NCBI GenBank assembly: GCA_031082185.1
Contig: JAVHLI010000001.1
Location: forward strand, 199,127-263,126
DNA length: 64,000 nt
Direction of reading: 5' to 3'
From: a bacterium
Lineage (GTDB): Bacteria; Sysuimicrobiota; Sysuimicrobiia; Sysuimicrobiales; Humicultoraceae
Below, piece after piece: positions 15,695 through 25,803 of this stretch (within the stretch, counting starts at the first letter, position 1; each line of letters begins with the position of its first letter). Position numbers and translations under genes: made by a program. The notes beneath the pieces were generated by a model. It saw only the letters and a program-made list of their open reading frames with translations, was not told the origin of the DNA and ran no database searches.

Positions 15695-17563
15695 CTAGGC
15701 CTGCGGGGGGGTGTACTGAGGAACCAGACATCTGAGGGCTTCACGCAGCGCTTCCGGACGCCCATTCTCCGCCAGCGCCCGTATCGCCTCGACGTGCAGG
15801 CGCAGTTCGTCCACCGATGCGAACGGCTCGGGGCGTGCCGCGAAGATCTTCTCGTGCGGAGTCGGTGCAATGCCGTCATCGGACGCCAGCAGTTCCTCCG
15901 TGAGCTTCTCGCCGGGCCGGATGCCGGTGAAGACCACCGCAATGTCAACTTCGGGCTCAAGGCCGGAGAGGCGGATCACCTCGTGGGCCAGGTCGAGAAG
16001 CCGGATCGGCTTTCCCATGTCCAGGACGTAGACTTCGCCCCCGGGCCCGGCGGCCGCTGCCTGCAGCACCAGCAGAACAGCTTCCGAGACCAGCATGAAG
16101 TACCTGTGCATCTCTGGATCGGTCACGGTCACCGGGCCGCCGCCGGCGATCTGCTCCTGCCATGTGGGCACCACGCTTCCTCGGCTGCCCAACACGTTCC
16201 CAAACCGCACCGACATGAACCTGGTCGGTCCGTCACGGTTGAGCGTGGCGACGACCCTCTCGGCCAGCCGCTTGCTGGCACCCATGGCCGACACGGGATG
16301 GACGGCCTTGTCGGTGGATATCAGGATGAAGCGCCCGACCCCGAACTCCCTCGCCAGCCCGGCGGGCACCCAGGTTCCCCAGACGTTGGTCTTTACCGCC
16401 TCGGCCGGGTGCGACTCCATCAAGGGCACATGCTTGTAGGCGGCGGCGTGGAAGACCACATCGGGCCTGGTCGCTTCGAAGACCTGCCGCATTCGCGAGG
16501 GATCCCGCACATCGGCCACCGCCGGTTCCAGGCGTACCGAATTGCGTGCCTCACGGGCCACCCGCAGCTCGAGGTTGAACAGGCCGGTTTCATCCACGTC
16601 CACCATGACCAGCCGCCGCACGCCGAAGCCCACCATCTGCCTGCAGATCTCGCTGCCGATGGAGCCTGCTGCCCCGGTGACAAGGACGGTCCGCCCCCCC
16701 AGCATTCCCCGGATGGCACCGGTCTCCGTGCGGACCACCTGGCGGCCGAGCAGGTCCTCCAGTTGGACCTCACGCAGATCGGCGAGGGTGACGCCACCTC
16801 TCAAGACGCGATCGATCCCGGGTACTATCCGAATCTCCCGCACGCCCGCATCCCGCGCTCGTGCGACGACGTCCCGCACGACCTCCGGTGACGCTGATGG
16901 CATGGCGATCAGTACCGCCTCGGCGTGGTAGGTTCTGACGGCTTCCCCGATGGCCGCGCGCCCGCCGACCACCGGGAGGCCATGGATGAGGTCGCCGTGC
17001 TCACGGGGGTCGTCGTCAATGAAGGCGTAGGGGCAGAAGGGTGGCTCGGGCGAGTCGCGGAGTGCCCGGACCAACTGGTCTCCGGCAGCACCGGCGCCCA
17101 CTATTATTGCGGCCCGGCCATGGTTTCTGCCGTGATTGCGGATGTGCAGGTAGATTCGCCTGCTCAGCCTGAAGCCGCCCACGGCCGCCAGGGAAAGGAC
17201 CAGGTCGAGCAGCAGCACCGAGCGTGAGAACCCGCCCAGCACCGGGGTTAGGCGGAGCGCCATGACAAGCCCCGCGAAGATCAGCCACCCGGCGCCAAGA
17301 CACCGGGCTAGGGTCAGCATATCCCCGAGGCTGAACCGCGACCAGCTCACCCCCTGCAACCGCCGGATCACCAGGAGTGGAAGCTTCGCTGCTAGGCTCA
17401 ACGGGAGGGCGATCCGCAGATGGGCAATGACTTGAGCGGACAGTTCCCACTCAAACCGCAGCAACGCCGCAGTAATAAGGGCGAGGGCCAGCAGCATGGC
17501 GTCCCCGGTGAGGAAGAAGGCGCGCCTGCGGGTGTGGTAGGGGATAGAGAGGAGACTATACAT
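15695..17563 (-). CDS. membrane-anchored NDP-sugar 4,6-dehydratase (PglF/CapD/WbpM family)
   Basis: Four N-terminal TM helices. Motifs ..LVTGAAGSIGSEI....VDVDE....ADVRD.....VFHAAAYKHVPLME. 622 aa. Confidence 0.75.
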   Translation of the reverse strand: MYSLLSIPYHTRRRAFFLTGDAMLLALALITAALLRFEWELSAQVIAHLRIALPLSLAAKLPLLVIRRLQGVSWSRFSLGDMLTLARCLGAGWLIFAGLVMALRLTPVLGGFSRSVLLLDLVLSLAAVGGFRLSRRIYLHIRNHGRNHGRAAIIVGAGAAGDQLVRALRDSPEPPFCPYAFIDDDPREHGDLIHGLPVVGGRAAIGEAVRTYHAEAVLIAMPSASPEVVRDVVARARDAGVREIRIVPGIDRVLRGGVTLADLREVQLEDLLGRQVVRTETGAIRGMLGGRTVLVTGAAGSIGSEICRQMVGFGVRRLVMVDVDETGLFNLELRVAREARNSVRLEPAVADVRDPSRMRQVFEATRPDVVFHAAAYKHVPLMESHPAEAVKTNVWGTWVPAGLAREFGVGRFILISTDKAVHPVSAMGASKRLAERVVATLNRDGPTRFMSVRFGNVLGSRGSVVPTWQEQIAGGGPVTVTDPEMHRYFMLVSEAVLLVLQAAAAGPGGEVYVLDMGKPIRLLDLAHEVIRLSGLEPEVDIAVVFTGIRPGEKLTEELLASDDGIAPTPHEKIFAARPEPFASVDELRLHVEAIRALAENGRPEALREALRCLVPQYTPPQA

Positions 17564-17603
17564 GTCGGACTACAACTGATTGTGGTCGGTGCTGATCTGG
17601 CAG

Positions 17604-18725
17604 CTAGCGGTCAAGCGCACGCCGCAGGGCGTCTGCGGCGTAATCGAGTTCCTCGTCTGTGATCGTGTTGAAGAACGGAAGTGCTAGACACTGCCGCCCC
17701 GCCGCTTCCGTAACGGGGTACATTCCCTCTTGGTAGCCCATCTCTCTATAGAACGGCTGGAGGTGGATCGGCGTGAAGTAGGGCCGGCACTCAACGCCCT
17801 TGCCCAGGAGATCGCGCAGGACGGCGTCGCGATCAATCTCCGGGGCCAGCCGCACCACGTAAACGAACCAGCTCATCCTGGTCACCGCCGGGTGGATCCA
17901 CGGAAGGCGCAGCAGGCCGCGTTCTGCCAGGGGCGCGAGTCGCTCAGCCCACCGACTTGCCACCGACTGACGCGACGCGATGATATCGTCCAGGCGGGAG
18001 ACCTGCGCCAAACCCAGGGCGGCATTCATCTCGGCCATCCTGTAGTTGTAGCCGAGACGTTCGTGGTCCAGCCATCCCCCCTGCTCTGAGCGGCCCTGGT
18101 TACGCATGCTCCGGCAGAGGCGGTAGATCTCCTTGCTGTCGGTGACAATGCACCCACCCTCGCCGGTGGTAATCTGCTTGTTGGGATAGAACGCAAACGT
18201 CGCTGCCTCGGCCCACCGGCCGTTGCCCGCCGGCAACCCCTGGAATGCTGACCCCAAGGACTCGCAGGCATCTTCGATCATGAGCAGGCCCCTGCGTGAA
18301 GCGATCTCTCGGATCCGGTCAAGCGCTGCTGGTTGTCCGAAGACGTCTACGGCCAGGATTGCTCGGGTGCGCGGCGTGATTGCTGCCTCAATGAGATCGG
18401 GGGAAATGCAGAGAGTATCATCGAGGATATCGACGAACACGGGGGTCGCCCGTTCGTACAGGATGGTGTTGGCACTGGCCACGAACGAGAACGGAGTCGT
18501 GATTACCTCATCCCCTTGCCCCATGCCCAGAGCACGAACAACCAGGTGAAGCGCTGCCGTTCCGCTTGAGACCGCCACGGCGAACTGTGTCCCGGCCGCT
18601 TTGGCCATCGCTTCCTCGAACGCCACTAAGCGGGGGCCAAGCGCGAGGGTAGGACCATCGAGGATACCCAGAACTGCTCTTCTGTCAAGTTCTGTGATCT
18701 CGGGCCTAGACAGGGGTACCTTCAC
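17604..18725 (-). CDS. DegT/DnrJ/EryC1/StrS-family sugar aminotransferase (PglE/WecE-like)
   Basis: Motifs ..AVSSGTAALHL....DEVITTPFSFVASAN.....IEDACESLGS....FYPNKQITTGEGG. Confidence 0.8.
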   Translation of the reverse strand: MKVPLSRPEITELDRRAVLGILDGPTLALGPRLVAFEEAMAKAAGTQFAVAVSSGTAALHLVVRALGMGQGDEVITTPFSFVASANTILYERATPVFVDILDDTLCISPDLIEAAITPRTRAILAVDVFGQPAALDRIREIASRRGLLMIEDACESLGSAFQGLPAGNGRWAEAATFAFYPNKQITTGEGGCIVTDSKEIYRLCRSMRNQGRSEQGGWLDHERLGYNYRMAEMNAALGLAQVSRLDDIIASRQSVASRWAERLAPLAERGLLRLPWIHPAVTRMSWFVYVVRLAPEIDRDAVLRDLLGKGVECRPYFTPIHLQPFYREMGYQEGMYPVTEAAGRQCLALPFFNTITDEELDYAADALRRALDR

Positions 18726-18755
18726 AGCGGCTGCTACCCTCCCTCGGCGAGGAAT

Positions 18756-19604
18756 TCAGGGTCCTCCACCGGTATCGGTCTGTTGTGATGTAGTCTCGGT
18801 TTGAGGTGCGTCCTCCAAGGTCCTTACAGGTTTGGCCGGGACGCCCACGGCAACCACCCGCGGCGGAATGTCCCTAATCACGGTCGCGCCCGCACCTATG
18901 ACGCTCCACTCACCTATGGTCACGCGGTTGATGGCGCAGGCGTTAAGTCCGAAGTAGCAACCGGTGCCAACAATCACGTCGCCGGCTAGGTTCACACCCG
19001 GCATGAGACTTGAGAAATCACCGACTCTCGTGTCATGTCCGATGAAACAACCCGGATTGATGATGCAGTTCCGGCCAATCCGGATGTTCGTTGTCAATAT
19101 GCAGCCCGCGCATACTATCGAACCCTGTTCCACTCTGACGTGTCCCGACATTCTCACAGAAGGGTGCACGAGCGTCGCGAAGGGGAACCCCTTGTCTTCC
19201 AGTTCGCGCGCCAGTCGGTATCTGGCGCGCGAATCACCTACTGCGAGCACCACCCAGACCTGGCCCTTAAGGGTGTTAAGGTGCGCGACAGGTCCAAGGA
19301 TTGGCACGCCCTCTGTGGTGTGTCCAGTGGCCCGATCGTCTACGAACCCGAGCAGCTCCCACTCCGGGCTCACTCCGTTGATTTCATCTACAAGCCAGGC
19401 CACCTCGCGGCCGAATCCCCCCGCACCGAAGATTACCAGTGGCTTAAGGTTCTCCACCACGCGCCACTCCCTTGGATAGGCTTGCTCTCTGAGGATCTGG
19501 GACTTGCAGTGGGTCCACCAACCCCGTCGCCGGCCCAACTCCGGAGTGTGGCGTGGCGATGGCGCGCTCGTGAAATGCCAGCGGGCCGGCGACCAACCAA
19601 GCAC
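18756..19604 (-). CDS. hexapeptide-repeat sugar N-acetyltransferase (PglD/NeuD family). Real start likely the internal GTG near 19460.
   Basis: KPLVIFGAGGFGREVAWLV....LLGFVDD, then left-handed beta-helix repeats (IGRNCIINPGCFIGHDTRVGDFSSLMPGVNLAG). Confidence 0.7.
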   Translation of the reverse strand: MLGWSPARWHFTSAPSPRHTPELGRRRGWWTHCKSQILREQAYPREWRVVENLKPLVIFGAGGFGREVAWLVDEINGVSPEWELLGFVDDRATGHTTEGVPILGPVAHLNTLKGQVWVVLAVGDSRARYRLARELEDKGFPFATLVHPSVRMSGHVRVEQGSIVCAGCILTTNIRIGRNCIINPGCFIGHDTRVGDFSSLMPGVNLAGDVIVGTGCYFGLNACAINRVTIGEWSVIGAGATVIRDIPPRVVAVGVPAKPVRTLEDAPQTETTSQQTDTGGGP

Positions 19605-19906
19605 GCCCCTTTGTGGCGTGGCCAGGCGCGCTGATTCTCCGGATGAGAAGAACTGCGATGACGGTTGTTGTTATGATCTGCACGCTTATCGAGAGCGGGT
19701 CGTTGACCATATGCCGGACGTCTAATTCGAACCCGCTTGCGAGGAGGACCCAGTTCGGCAGTAGACAATTGTCAGCCCGGTTCGACCCATGCGTGCGCTG
19801 TGGTGCCAGCGCTGAGAGACAAGAAGACTGCGAGCTCTACGCCGGCACCCAGCACATCAACGGCCCACTGGAGCCGCTGGGCCAACACGAACTCGCTCCG
19901 AGAGTT

Positions 19907-20337
19907 TCATTTGACCACTTCTCGAATCACAGTTTCCAACTTAGAAGCTGGGTGGGAGAAGTCGTGGTTTGCCTCTGCGTACCGCCGTCCCCTCAGGCCC
20001 ATCTCCCAGCGTTCGCGTGGGCTCAAGCGGCGCGTTTCTTGTACTGCCCGAGCCAGCGCCTGCGGGTTACCAGCGGGGACCGTGAGTCCCGCTCCAGCTG
20101 ACGCAACACGTGCGCACGGCCGGGGAGGAGGACAATGGCTCGCACACCTCTGAGCGCTGGCCCCCAATCAACTGGACCGCTTAGAACACCCAACACGATG
20201 CCATCAACTCCGGCAGGGAGAAGCATAGCGCTGTCTTGCCGCCGGAGCGCGGATCGCACGGCGTGACCGCTTGCAGCGAGTGCCCTAACCAGGCGCTTCC
20301 CAATGAACCCTGTAGCGCCTGTGACAAGGATCAGCAT
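19907..20337 (-). pseudogene. chimeric gene remnant: NAD-dependent epimerase N-terminus (104 aa) joined out of frame to a GT4-type C-terminal tail
   Basis: MLILVTGATGFIGKRLV.. stops after 104 aa. The next frame reads ..GNPQALARAVQETRRLSPRERWEMGLRGRRYAEANHDFSH.., a typical GT4 C-terminus. Confidence 0.5.
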
Positions 20338-21527
20338 CGCGTGACTTCCGTGCCGGACTGGTGGCCTTTGAGCCGGAGCAGGCGCGTGTACGTCGCCTCG
20401 ATTCGAGCGAAGATCTGTCGTTCATCGAACAGCAGCTCCACCCGACGTCGCCCCGCCGCCCCCATGGCGAGTCGTCGAGTTTCATCTCGAAGAAGATCGA
20501 GGATAGCCACGGCGAACCTCTCGGGGTCCCCGGGTGGCAAGAGAATCCCGGTCTCTCCGTTCGCCACGACCTCGAGCAGTGCAGGGATGTCACTTGCCAC
20601 GACGGGGACTCCCATTGCCATCGATTCCGCAAGGACTACCCCAAATCCCTCGCGCAGCGTGGGCAGCACGAAGAGGTCCATTGCGGCCATCTGCTCAGGG
20701 ATGTCGCTTCGCATCCCCGCGAAGATTACTCGGTCAGCAATCCCCAGACGCTGGGCCTGTTGTTCCAGTGCTCGCCGCAGGGGACCGTCCCCCACGATGA
20801 GGAATCGAACCCGTTCGTTCAACGCAGCTACTCGGGCAGCAGCGTCGAGGAAACACTCTAGCCCTTTGTCGGGGACAAGCCGCGCTACTGATCCCACGAC
20901 AGGCGCGTCGAAGGGGACCCCCCACTCTTCGCGGATCGCTGCCGGGTTGGTGCGCTGTCTCGAGAACCGTTGGAGGTTGATCCCCATCGGCACGGTGAGT
21001 ATCTTCTCGGGAGGGGCGACCTGGTGGTAGAGTCCATCTAATCGGACCGCATCGGTGGGCACCATGACGAGGTCGGCCCACTTCGCGGCCACTCGTTCCA
21101 TCCATGCATACACCTTGCGACGCATGGCAGGAAGATAAGGGTGGAACGGAAAGGCATATGCGGAGTGAATGATCACCGGGGCACGCGCGAGGGAGGCAGC
21201 AAGGCGCCCAACGAACCCGGCTTTGGTTGTCTGTGTATGTACGATTGCGAACCGCTCCTTGCGGATGAACCGGTATAGTTCGAGGGTCGCACGGAGGTCG
21301 CCGATCGGCTGGATGAGGCGTGGGATCGGGATTTCCTTCATCCGGAATCCGGCTGCACGCATTTCTTCCATCGTGACCCCGATCTCCTGATTCGGATCTT
21401 CCGAGCAGGCGATCGTTACCTCATAGCCCCTTGTCTCAAGGTAACTGGCAAGCGGGGCAACGAAGGCTCGAGCGGTTGACGGGACAGTACAGACATGGAG
21501 CACTTTCAGTATGGGGCATGCAATCAT
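20331..21527 (-). CDS. glycosyltransferase family 4 (GT-B, GT4)
   Basis: Start MIACPILKVLHV.. (Met129 of ORF 20331-21911). Motifs ..VIIHSAYAFPF....GSVARLVPDKG....EGFGVVLAESMAMGVPVVASD (E-x7-E). Confidence 0.75.
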   Translation of the reverse strand: MIACPILKVLHVCTVPSTARAFVAPLASYLETRGYEVTIACSEDPNQEIGVTMEEMRAAGFRMKEIPIPRLIQPIGDLRATLELYRFIRKERFAIVHTQTTKAGFVGRLAASLARAPVIIHSAYAFPFHPYLPAMRRKVYAWMERVAAKWADLVMVPTDAVRLDGLYHQVAPPEKILTVPMGINLQRFSRQRTNPAAIREEWGVPFDAPVVGSVARLVPDKGLECFLDAAARVAALNERVRFLIVGDGPLRRALEQQAQRLGIADRVIFAGMRSDIPEQMAAMDLFVLPTLREGFGVVLAESMAMGVPVVASDIPALLEVVANGETGILLPPGDPERFAVAILDLLRDETRRLAMGAAGRRRVELLFDERQIFARIEATYTRLLRLKGHQSGTEVTRC

Positions 21528-21586
21528 CTGCACGTGCCCTCCGACGCACATTAGCAGCGCTGAAAATGGCCGTCCAGCAATCCACC

Positions 21587-22522
21587 CTACCGATGTTCCA
21601 GGTACCAGTTGATTGTGTTCCGCAGCCCCTTGCGTAGGGGCGTCCGAGCCCGAAATCCGAAGAGGGCTTCTGCACCGGAGGTATCCAGACAGCGTCGGGG
21701 CTGGCCGTCGGGCCTTGTGGAGTCCCACTCGACGTCCCCTTTGAAACCCACTAGGCTGCGAATCTCCTCCACCAGGTCCCGAATGAGCACCTCGCGCCCG
21801 GTTCCCAGGTTCACCGGATCCGAGCCATCGTAGCGCTCCGCCGCCAGGACTATGCCTTCTGCTGCATCCTCCACGTACAGGAACTCCCGACTCACCTGCC
21901 CGGTTCCCCACGCCGTCACGACCCGACCCCCGCGTTCCCGCGCCTCCACGAACTTTCGGATGAGCGCCGGTATAACGTGGCTGGTCTCGAGATCGAAGTT
22001 GTCCCGCGGCCCGTAGAGGTTGGCAGGGATGAGCGCGATCCCGTTCAGTCTATATTGCAGCCGGTACGCCTGCACCATGGCGACCAAGGCCCGCTTGGCG
22101 ACCCCATAGGGGGCGTTCGTATCCTCCGGAAAGCCGCCCCAGAGGTCCTCTTCGCGGAACGGCACGGATGTGACCTTCGGATAGGAGCATGAGGTCCCGA
22201 TCAGCACCAGCTTCTCCACCCCACGCCGCATGGCCCCGTGGACGACGTGGAGGCCCATGGCCATGTTCTCGTAGAAGAACCCCCCCGAGTTAACCTGGTT
22301 GGCACCAATTCCCCCCACCCTGGCCGCAAGGTGGATAACGACCTCCGGCCGGGCATGGTTGAAGAGCCGCTCAACGGCAGGTGCTTGGGTGAGATCGTAG
22401 TCGCGGCTTCGCGGCACGAACACATCAGCCCCTCGGGACAGCAGTCGCGCCACAACGAAGGATCCTAGGAAGCCAGCCCCGCCGGTGACGACGACCCGAC
22501 GGCCGGCCAGGTTAGTAGCCAT
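21587..22522 (-). CDS. fcl: GDP-L-fucose synthase (GDP-4-keto-6-deoxymannose 3,5-epimerase/4-reductase)
   Basis: 311 aa SDR. Motifs ..[12 protein letters not shown]....[13 protein letters not shown].....SCSYP....PYGVAKR. Confidence 0.8.
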   Translation of the reverse strand: MATNLAGRRVVVTGGAGFLGSFVVARLLSRGADVFVPRSRDYDLTQAPAVERLFNHARPEVVIHLAARVGGIGANQVNSGGFFYENMAMGLHVVHGAMRRGVEKLVLIGTSCSYPKVTSVPFREEDLWGGFPEDTNAPYGVAKRALVAMVQAYRLQYRLNGIALIPANLYGPRDNFDLETSHVIPALIRKFVEARERGGRVVTAWGTGQVSREFLYVEDAAEGIVLAAERYDGSDPVNLGTGREVLIRDLVEEIRSLVGFKGDVEWDSTRPDGQPRRCLDTSGAEALFGFRARTPLRKGLRNTINWYLEHR

Positions 22523-23567
22523 GGCCTTCCATCGGGACGGCGAACCCCGCGTCCCGGAGTATCTTCTCGCGTCGCGCTAGTTCGAGATCCGCTTCCACCA
22601 TCATCCGCACGAGGTCCCCGAACCGCACGCGCGGTTCCCACCCCAACACCCGCCTCGCCTTGCTAGCGTCTCCTTGCAGCACATCCACCTCAGCCGGGCG
22701 GTAGTAGTGGGGATCAACGGAGACGAAGTCCCGCCAGTCAAGTTCCAGCATACCGAAGGCCGCTTCACAGAACTCCTTCACGGAATGGCTCTCTCCTGTG
22801 GCCACGATGAAGTCACCCGGTTCTGGCTGTTGCAGCATCATCCATACGGCCTCGACGTAGTCGCCCGCGTAACCCCAGTCGCGGCGTGCCTCGAGATTCC
22901 CTAGGTAGAGGCGTTCCTGTAACCCCAACTTGATCCGGGTGGCGGCCCGGGTGATCTTCCTGCTAACGAAGGTCTCACCGCGGCGAGGTGATTCGTGGTT
23001 GAAGAGGATCCCGTTCACGGCAAAGAGGCCATAGGCCTCCCGGTAGTTGACCGTCTGCCAGTGGGCGAAGACCTTCGCCACCGCGTATGGGCTGCGCGGG
23101 TGAAAGGGCGTCTGCTCAACCTGGGGGACTTCCTGGGCCAGGCCGAACATCTCGGAGGAGCCGGCTTGGTAGTATCGGACGATCTTTCCCGTACGCATCT
23201 GGAAGTCGCGGACGGCCTCGAGCAGACGCAGCACCCCCAGCCCGTCCACGTCAGCGGTGTATTCCGGCTGCAAGAAAGAGACCATCACATGTGATTGAGC
23301 GCCCAGATTGTAGACTTCGTCCGGCTGGACGGCCTCCAGGACTCTTCGCAACCCTGTGCCATCCGTCAAGTCCCCGTGGTGCAGGAAGACCCGCGTGTCA
23401 GGATCATGGGGATCCCTGTATAGATGGTCGATGCGCCCGGTATTGAACAAAGAAGACCTGCGGATCATGCCGTGGATCTCGTAGCCTTTTGCCAGGAGGA
23501 ACTCGGCCAAGTACGAGCCATCTTGACCGGTAACACCGGTAATTAGAGTTCGTTTCACGGGCAACAT
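22512..23567 (-). CDS. gmd: GDP-mannose 4,6-dehydratase
   Basis: [43 protein letters not shown]....LHHGDLTD.....SPYAVAK....[13 protein letters not shown]. Confidence 0.85.
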   Translation of the reverse strand: MLPVKRTLITGVTGQDGSYLAEFLLAKGYEIHGMIRRSSLFNTGRIDHLYRDPHDPDTRVFLHHGDLTDGTGLRRVLEAVQPDEVYNLGAQSHVMVSFLQPEYTADVDGLGVLRLLEAVRDFQMRTGKIVRYYQAGSSEMFGLAQEVPQVEQTPFHPRSPYAVAKVFAHWQTVNYREAYGLFAVNGILFNHESPRRGETFVSRKITRAATRIKLGLQERLYLGNLEARRDWGYAGDYVEAVWMMLQQPEPGDFIVATGESHSVKEFCEAAFGMLELDWRDFVSVDPHYYRPAEVDVLQGDASKARRVLGWEPRVRFGDLVRMMVEADLELARREKILRDAGFAVPMEGHGY

Positions 23568-23693
23568 AGCAGGTCTCCTACGGTCGGGGAGTCGAGCGTA
23601 CGCTTGCGTTCGCGGCCAAGTTGTCTACGCACGGCTTGTGGCGGTGCCCGAAGAGCGGACAGTGAAGCACCAAGCCCAGCCCCGTACGCGGTA

Positions 23694-24760
23694 TCACGCT
23701 GGCGCGAGCGCACCGCGTTCATGCCCCGCGTCTAGCGCTGCTCTACAATGCTTGAACTCGTGCGTGATCGTCGACGCTGTAGCCGTCCAGATGAACGGGC
23801 GGGGATGCTTGTCCTTCTCCCGCAGGTACTGATAGATGGCCCGCTCCAATTCGCGGGCGCGGCGGAAGGCGCCGGATGTGCTTGCGGGTGAGTTTGGCAA
23901 ACCAGCGATCCACCAGACTGAGTCACTACGACCCGGTAGGGGTGAAGTGGAGAGGGTACTGCGGGAGCGCCGCGAACCACGCCTGTACCCGCAGATGCTT
24001 GTGCGTACCGTAGTTGCCCAGGGTCAGGTGAATCTCGGATCGGCGCGGGCCCCCCCGTTCCACCCGCTTCAGGGAGACCGGGAGTTCCGTGTTGCGGTGC
24101 CGCGGCTGGCAGTGGCCGATTACTGTCCCATCCAAGACCTTGAGGGCTACAAACAGCGTCATGATCCCATGGCGGACGTAGTCCGGGGTCTGGCGCGTCG
24201 GGATCCCCGGCCGCAGCGGCGGGCTCGGCTGCGACCGATCCAGGGCCGGGATCCGGTTCTCTTCGTCCACGCACAGCACCAGCGCTTTGTAGGGCGGGTT
24301 GAGGTACAGCCCCACCACGTCCCGCAGATTGCGGACGAAGTTAGGTTCCCGACTCAACTTGAACGTTTCAGTTCGATGTGGTTGCAGGCCGTGTGCGTGC
24401 CAGATGCTCCGCGCGGTGGCCTCGCTCACCCCCTTCGTGCGCGCCATCCTTCGGGTGCTCCAGTGCGTCGCATCAGGGGGCGTGGCGTGCAGCGTGGGGG
24501 CCACGATGGCCGTTACCTTATGGGCCCCGATCTGCTTTCGAAGGCCCGGCCGGGGCGCGTCTTTGAGGAGGTCGGACACGCCAGCCTGCACATACCGCGC
24601 ACGTCACAAGAGCACCGTCGGCCGAGTGATGCCCAACTGCTTGGCCAGTTGCGCGTTCTACCGCCGCTCGGAGGCGCCGAGCACGATGCGGGCTCGCAGG
24701 GCCACCTTCTACGCCGTGGTGCGACCATACATCAGGCCTTCCAGGAGGGCGCGGTTTTCA
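23694..24760 (-). mobile_element. decayed IS630-family transposase gene (frameshift plus in-frame TAG stops in the HTH region). Element ends not identified.
   Basis: DDE region ..LVLCVDEENRIPALD....HLTLGNYGTHKH (23926-24591). C-terminus ..KHPRPFIWTATA (23694-23900) lies in another frame. N-terminal HTH ..KVALRARIVLGASERR*NAQLAKQLGITRPTVLL has internal stops at ~24600-24740. Confidence 0.6.
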
Positions 24761-24876
24761 GGGGCAACGGCCAGAGCTTTGGCTGGTCTCCACGTTGTAC
24801 TAGGACCATGGCACGAACCACCGTGATTGTTCAGTAATTTGCAACGCACTGCACAAGCCTCGCGACTGCCATACGC

Positions 24877-25803
24877 TCAAGGTCCATGTGGTGCAGAACC
24901 GGCGGGAGAGGTTTGTGCCTGCACGGAGTTCCAGACCCGGCGCCATGCTAGGATTTCTTCCGCCGACGCAGGTCCAGCACGATGGTGGAGGAGACGATAG
25001 TTCAAACCAGTACCGATGGCAACGATGTCCAACGCCGACGACACAAGCTGTTTGAGGAGCATCGGCGAAAGGGAAAGGTATGAGTCACCCTCGCTTTGGA
25101 CGTACCTCAACGCCGACACCGCGAAGCTCCATCTCCTGCCTAGGTTTCTGCGGAGAGCGAGGGAGGGTTCTCGATAGCCTAGGAGGATGTCGCTGAAGTT
25201 CGCAAATCGACTTCTCTTGTGCGCCCTTAGGAGCAGCTCCTGGTCCTCGGCACTATGCGCACGGTGGTCGTAATAGTGCGCCTTGAACCAATCTAGCCGT
25301 CCCAGGAAGGTCGGGTGTATCATTCGAAACCCAGCGATCGGTCGACGACAGATTTCCTCGTGTCTCTCGGGGCAGCCCCTTCTCCCCAACGGCTTGCCAT
25401 TGCTATCGAACACCATTGCGGCCGAGCCGACCAGGTCCACATCCTCGTGCGTATCCATATATGCTACCTGCAATTCAAACCTATCCGGGTATGCTACGTC
25501 GTCACCGTCCATACGGGCAAAATACTCTCCCCGAGCCGCTGCTATAGCCTGGTTAAGCCGGGCGGAAATCCCAAGCCACTGGCCGTCCGAGGATATCTTG
25601 ATGCGCGGATCAGCGAATTGCCGGGCGATCTGCACTGTCTCATCCTGAGAGCCGTCATCTATCAACAGAAGCTCCCAAGAAGTGTATGTTTGGGCAAGCA
25701 GCGACTGTAGGGCCGGCTGTAGCGTGTCCTGACAATTCCGAACGGGCATGCCGATGCTTACTCGGGGGGAGCGTTTGTCCAATGCAGCGTCAACGAAGAT
25801 CAT
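24877..25803 (-). CDS. glycosyltransferase family 2
   Basis: ..VSIGMPVRNCQDTLQPALQSLLAQTY....LLLIDDGSQD....RMDGDD (DxD). Confidence 0.7.
   Translation of the reverse strand: MIFVDAALDKRSPRVSIGMPVRNCQDTLQPALQSLLAQTYTSWELLLIDDGSQDETVQIARQFADPRIKISSDGQWLGISARLNQAIAAARGEYFARMDGDDVAYPDRFELQVAYMDTHEDVDLVGSAAMVFDSNGKPLGRRGCPERHEEICRRPIAGFRMIHPTFLGRLDWFKAHYYDHRAHSAEDQELLLRAHKRSRFANFSDILLGYREPSLALRRNLGRRWSFAVSALRYVQSEGDSYLSLSPMLLKQLVSSALDIVAIGTGLNYRLLHHRAGPASAEEILAWRRVWNSVQAQTSPAGSAPHGP

Noticed and set aside
15584-16891. 435-aa plus-strand ORF antisense to the PglF-like gene
   Set aside because: Antisense to a strongly supported dehydratase gene. Composition is His/Gly/Pro/Arg-rich with no motifs.
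19721-19740. tRNA T-loop-like sequence (gcGGGTTCGAATtag on minus strand)
   Set aside because: The flanking bases cannot form a T-stem or acceptor stem. No cloverleaf is possible.
23836-24837. 333-aa plus-strand ORF across the IS630 remnant
   Set aside because: Antisense to recognisable IS630 transposase fragments. No domain signature.
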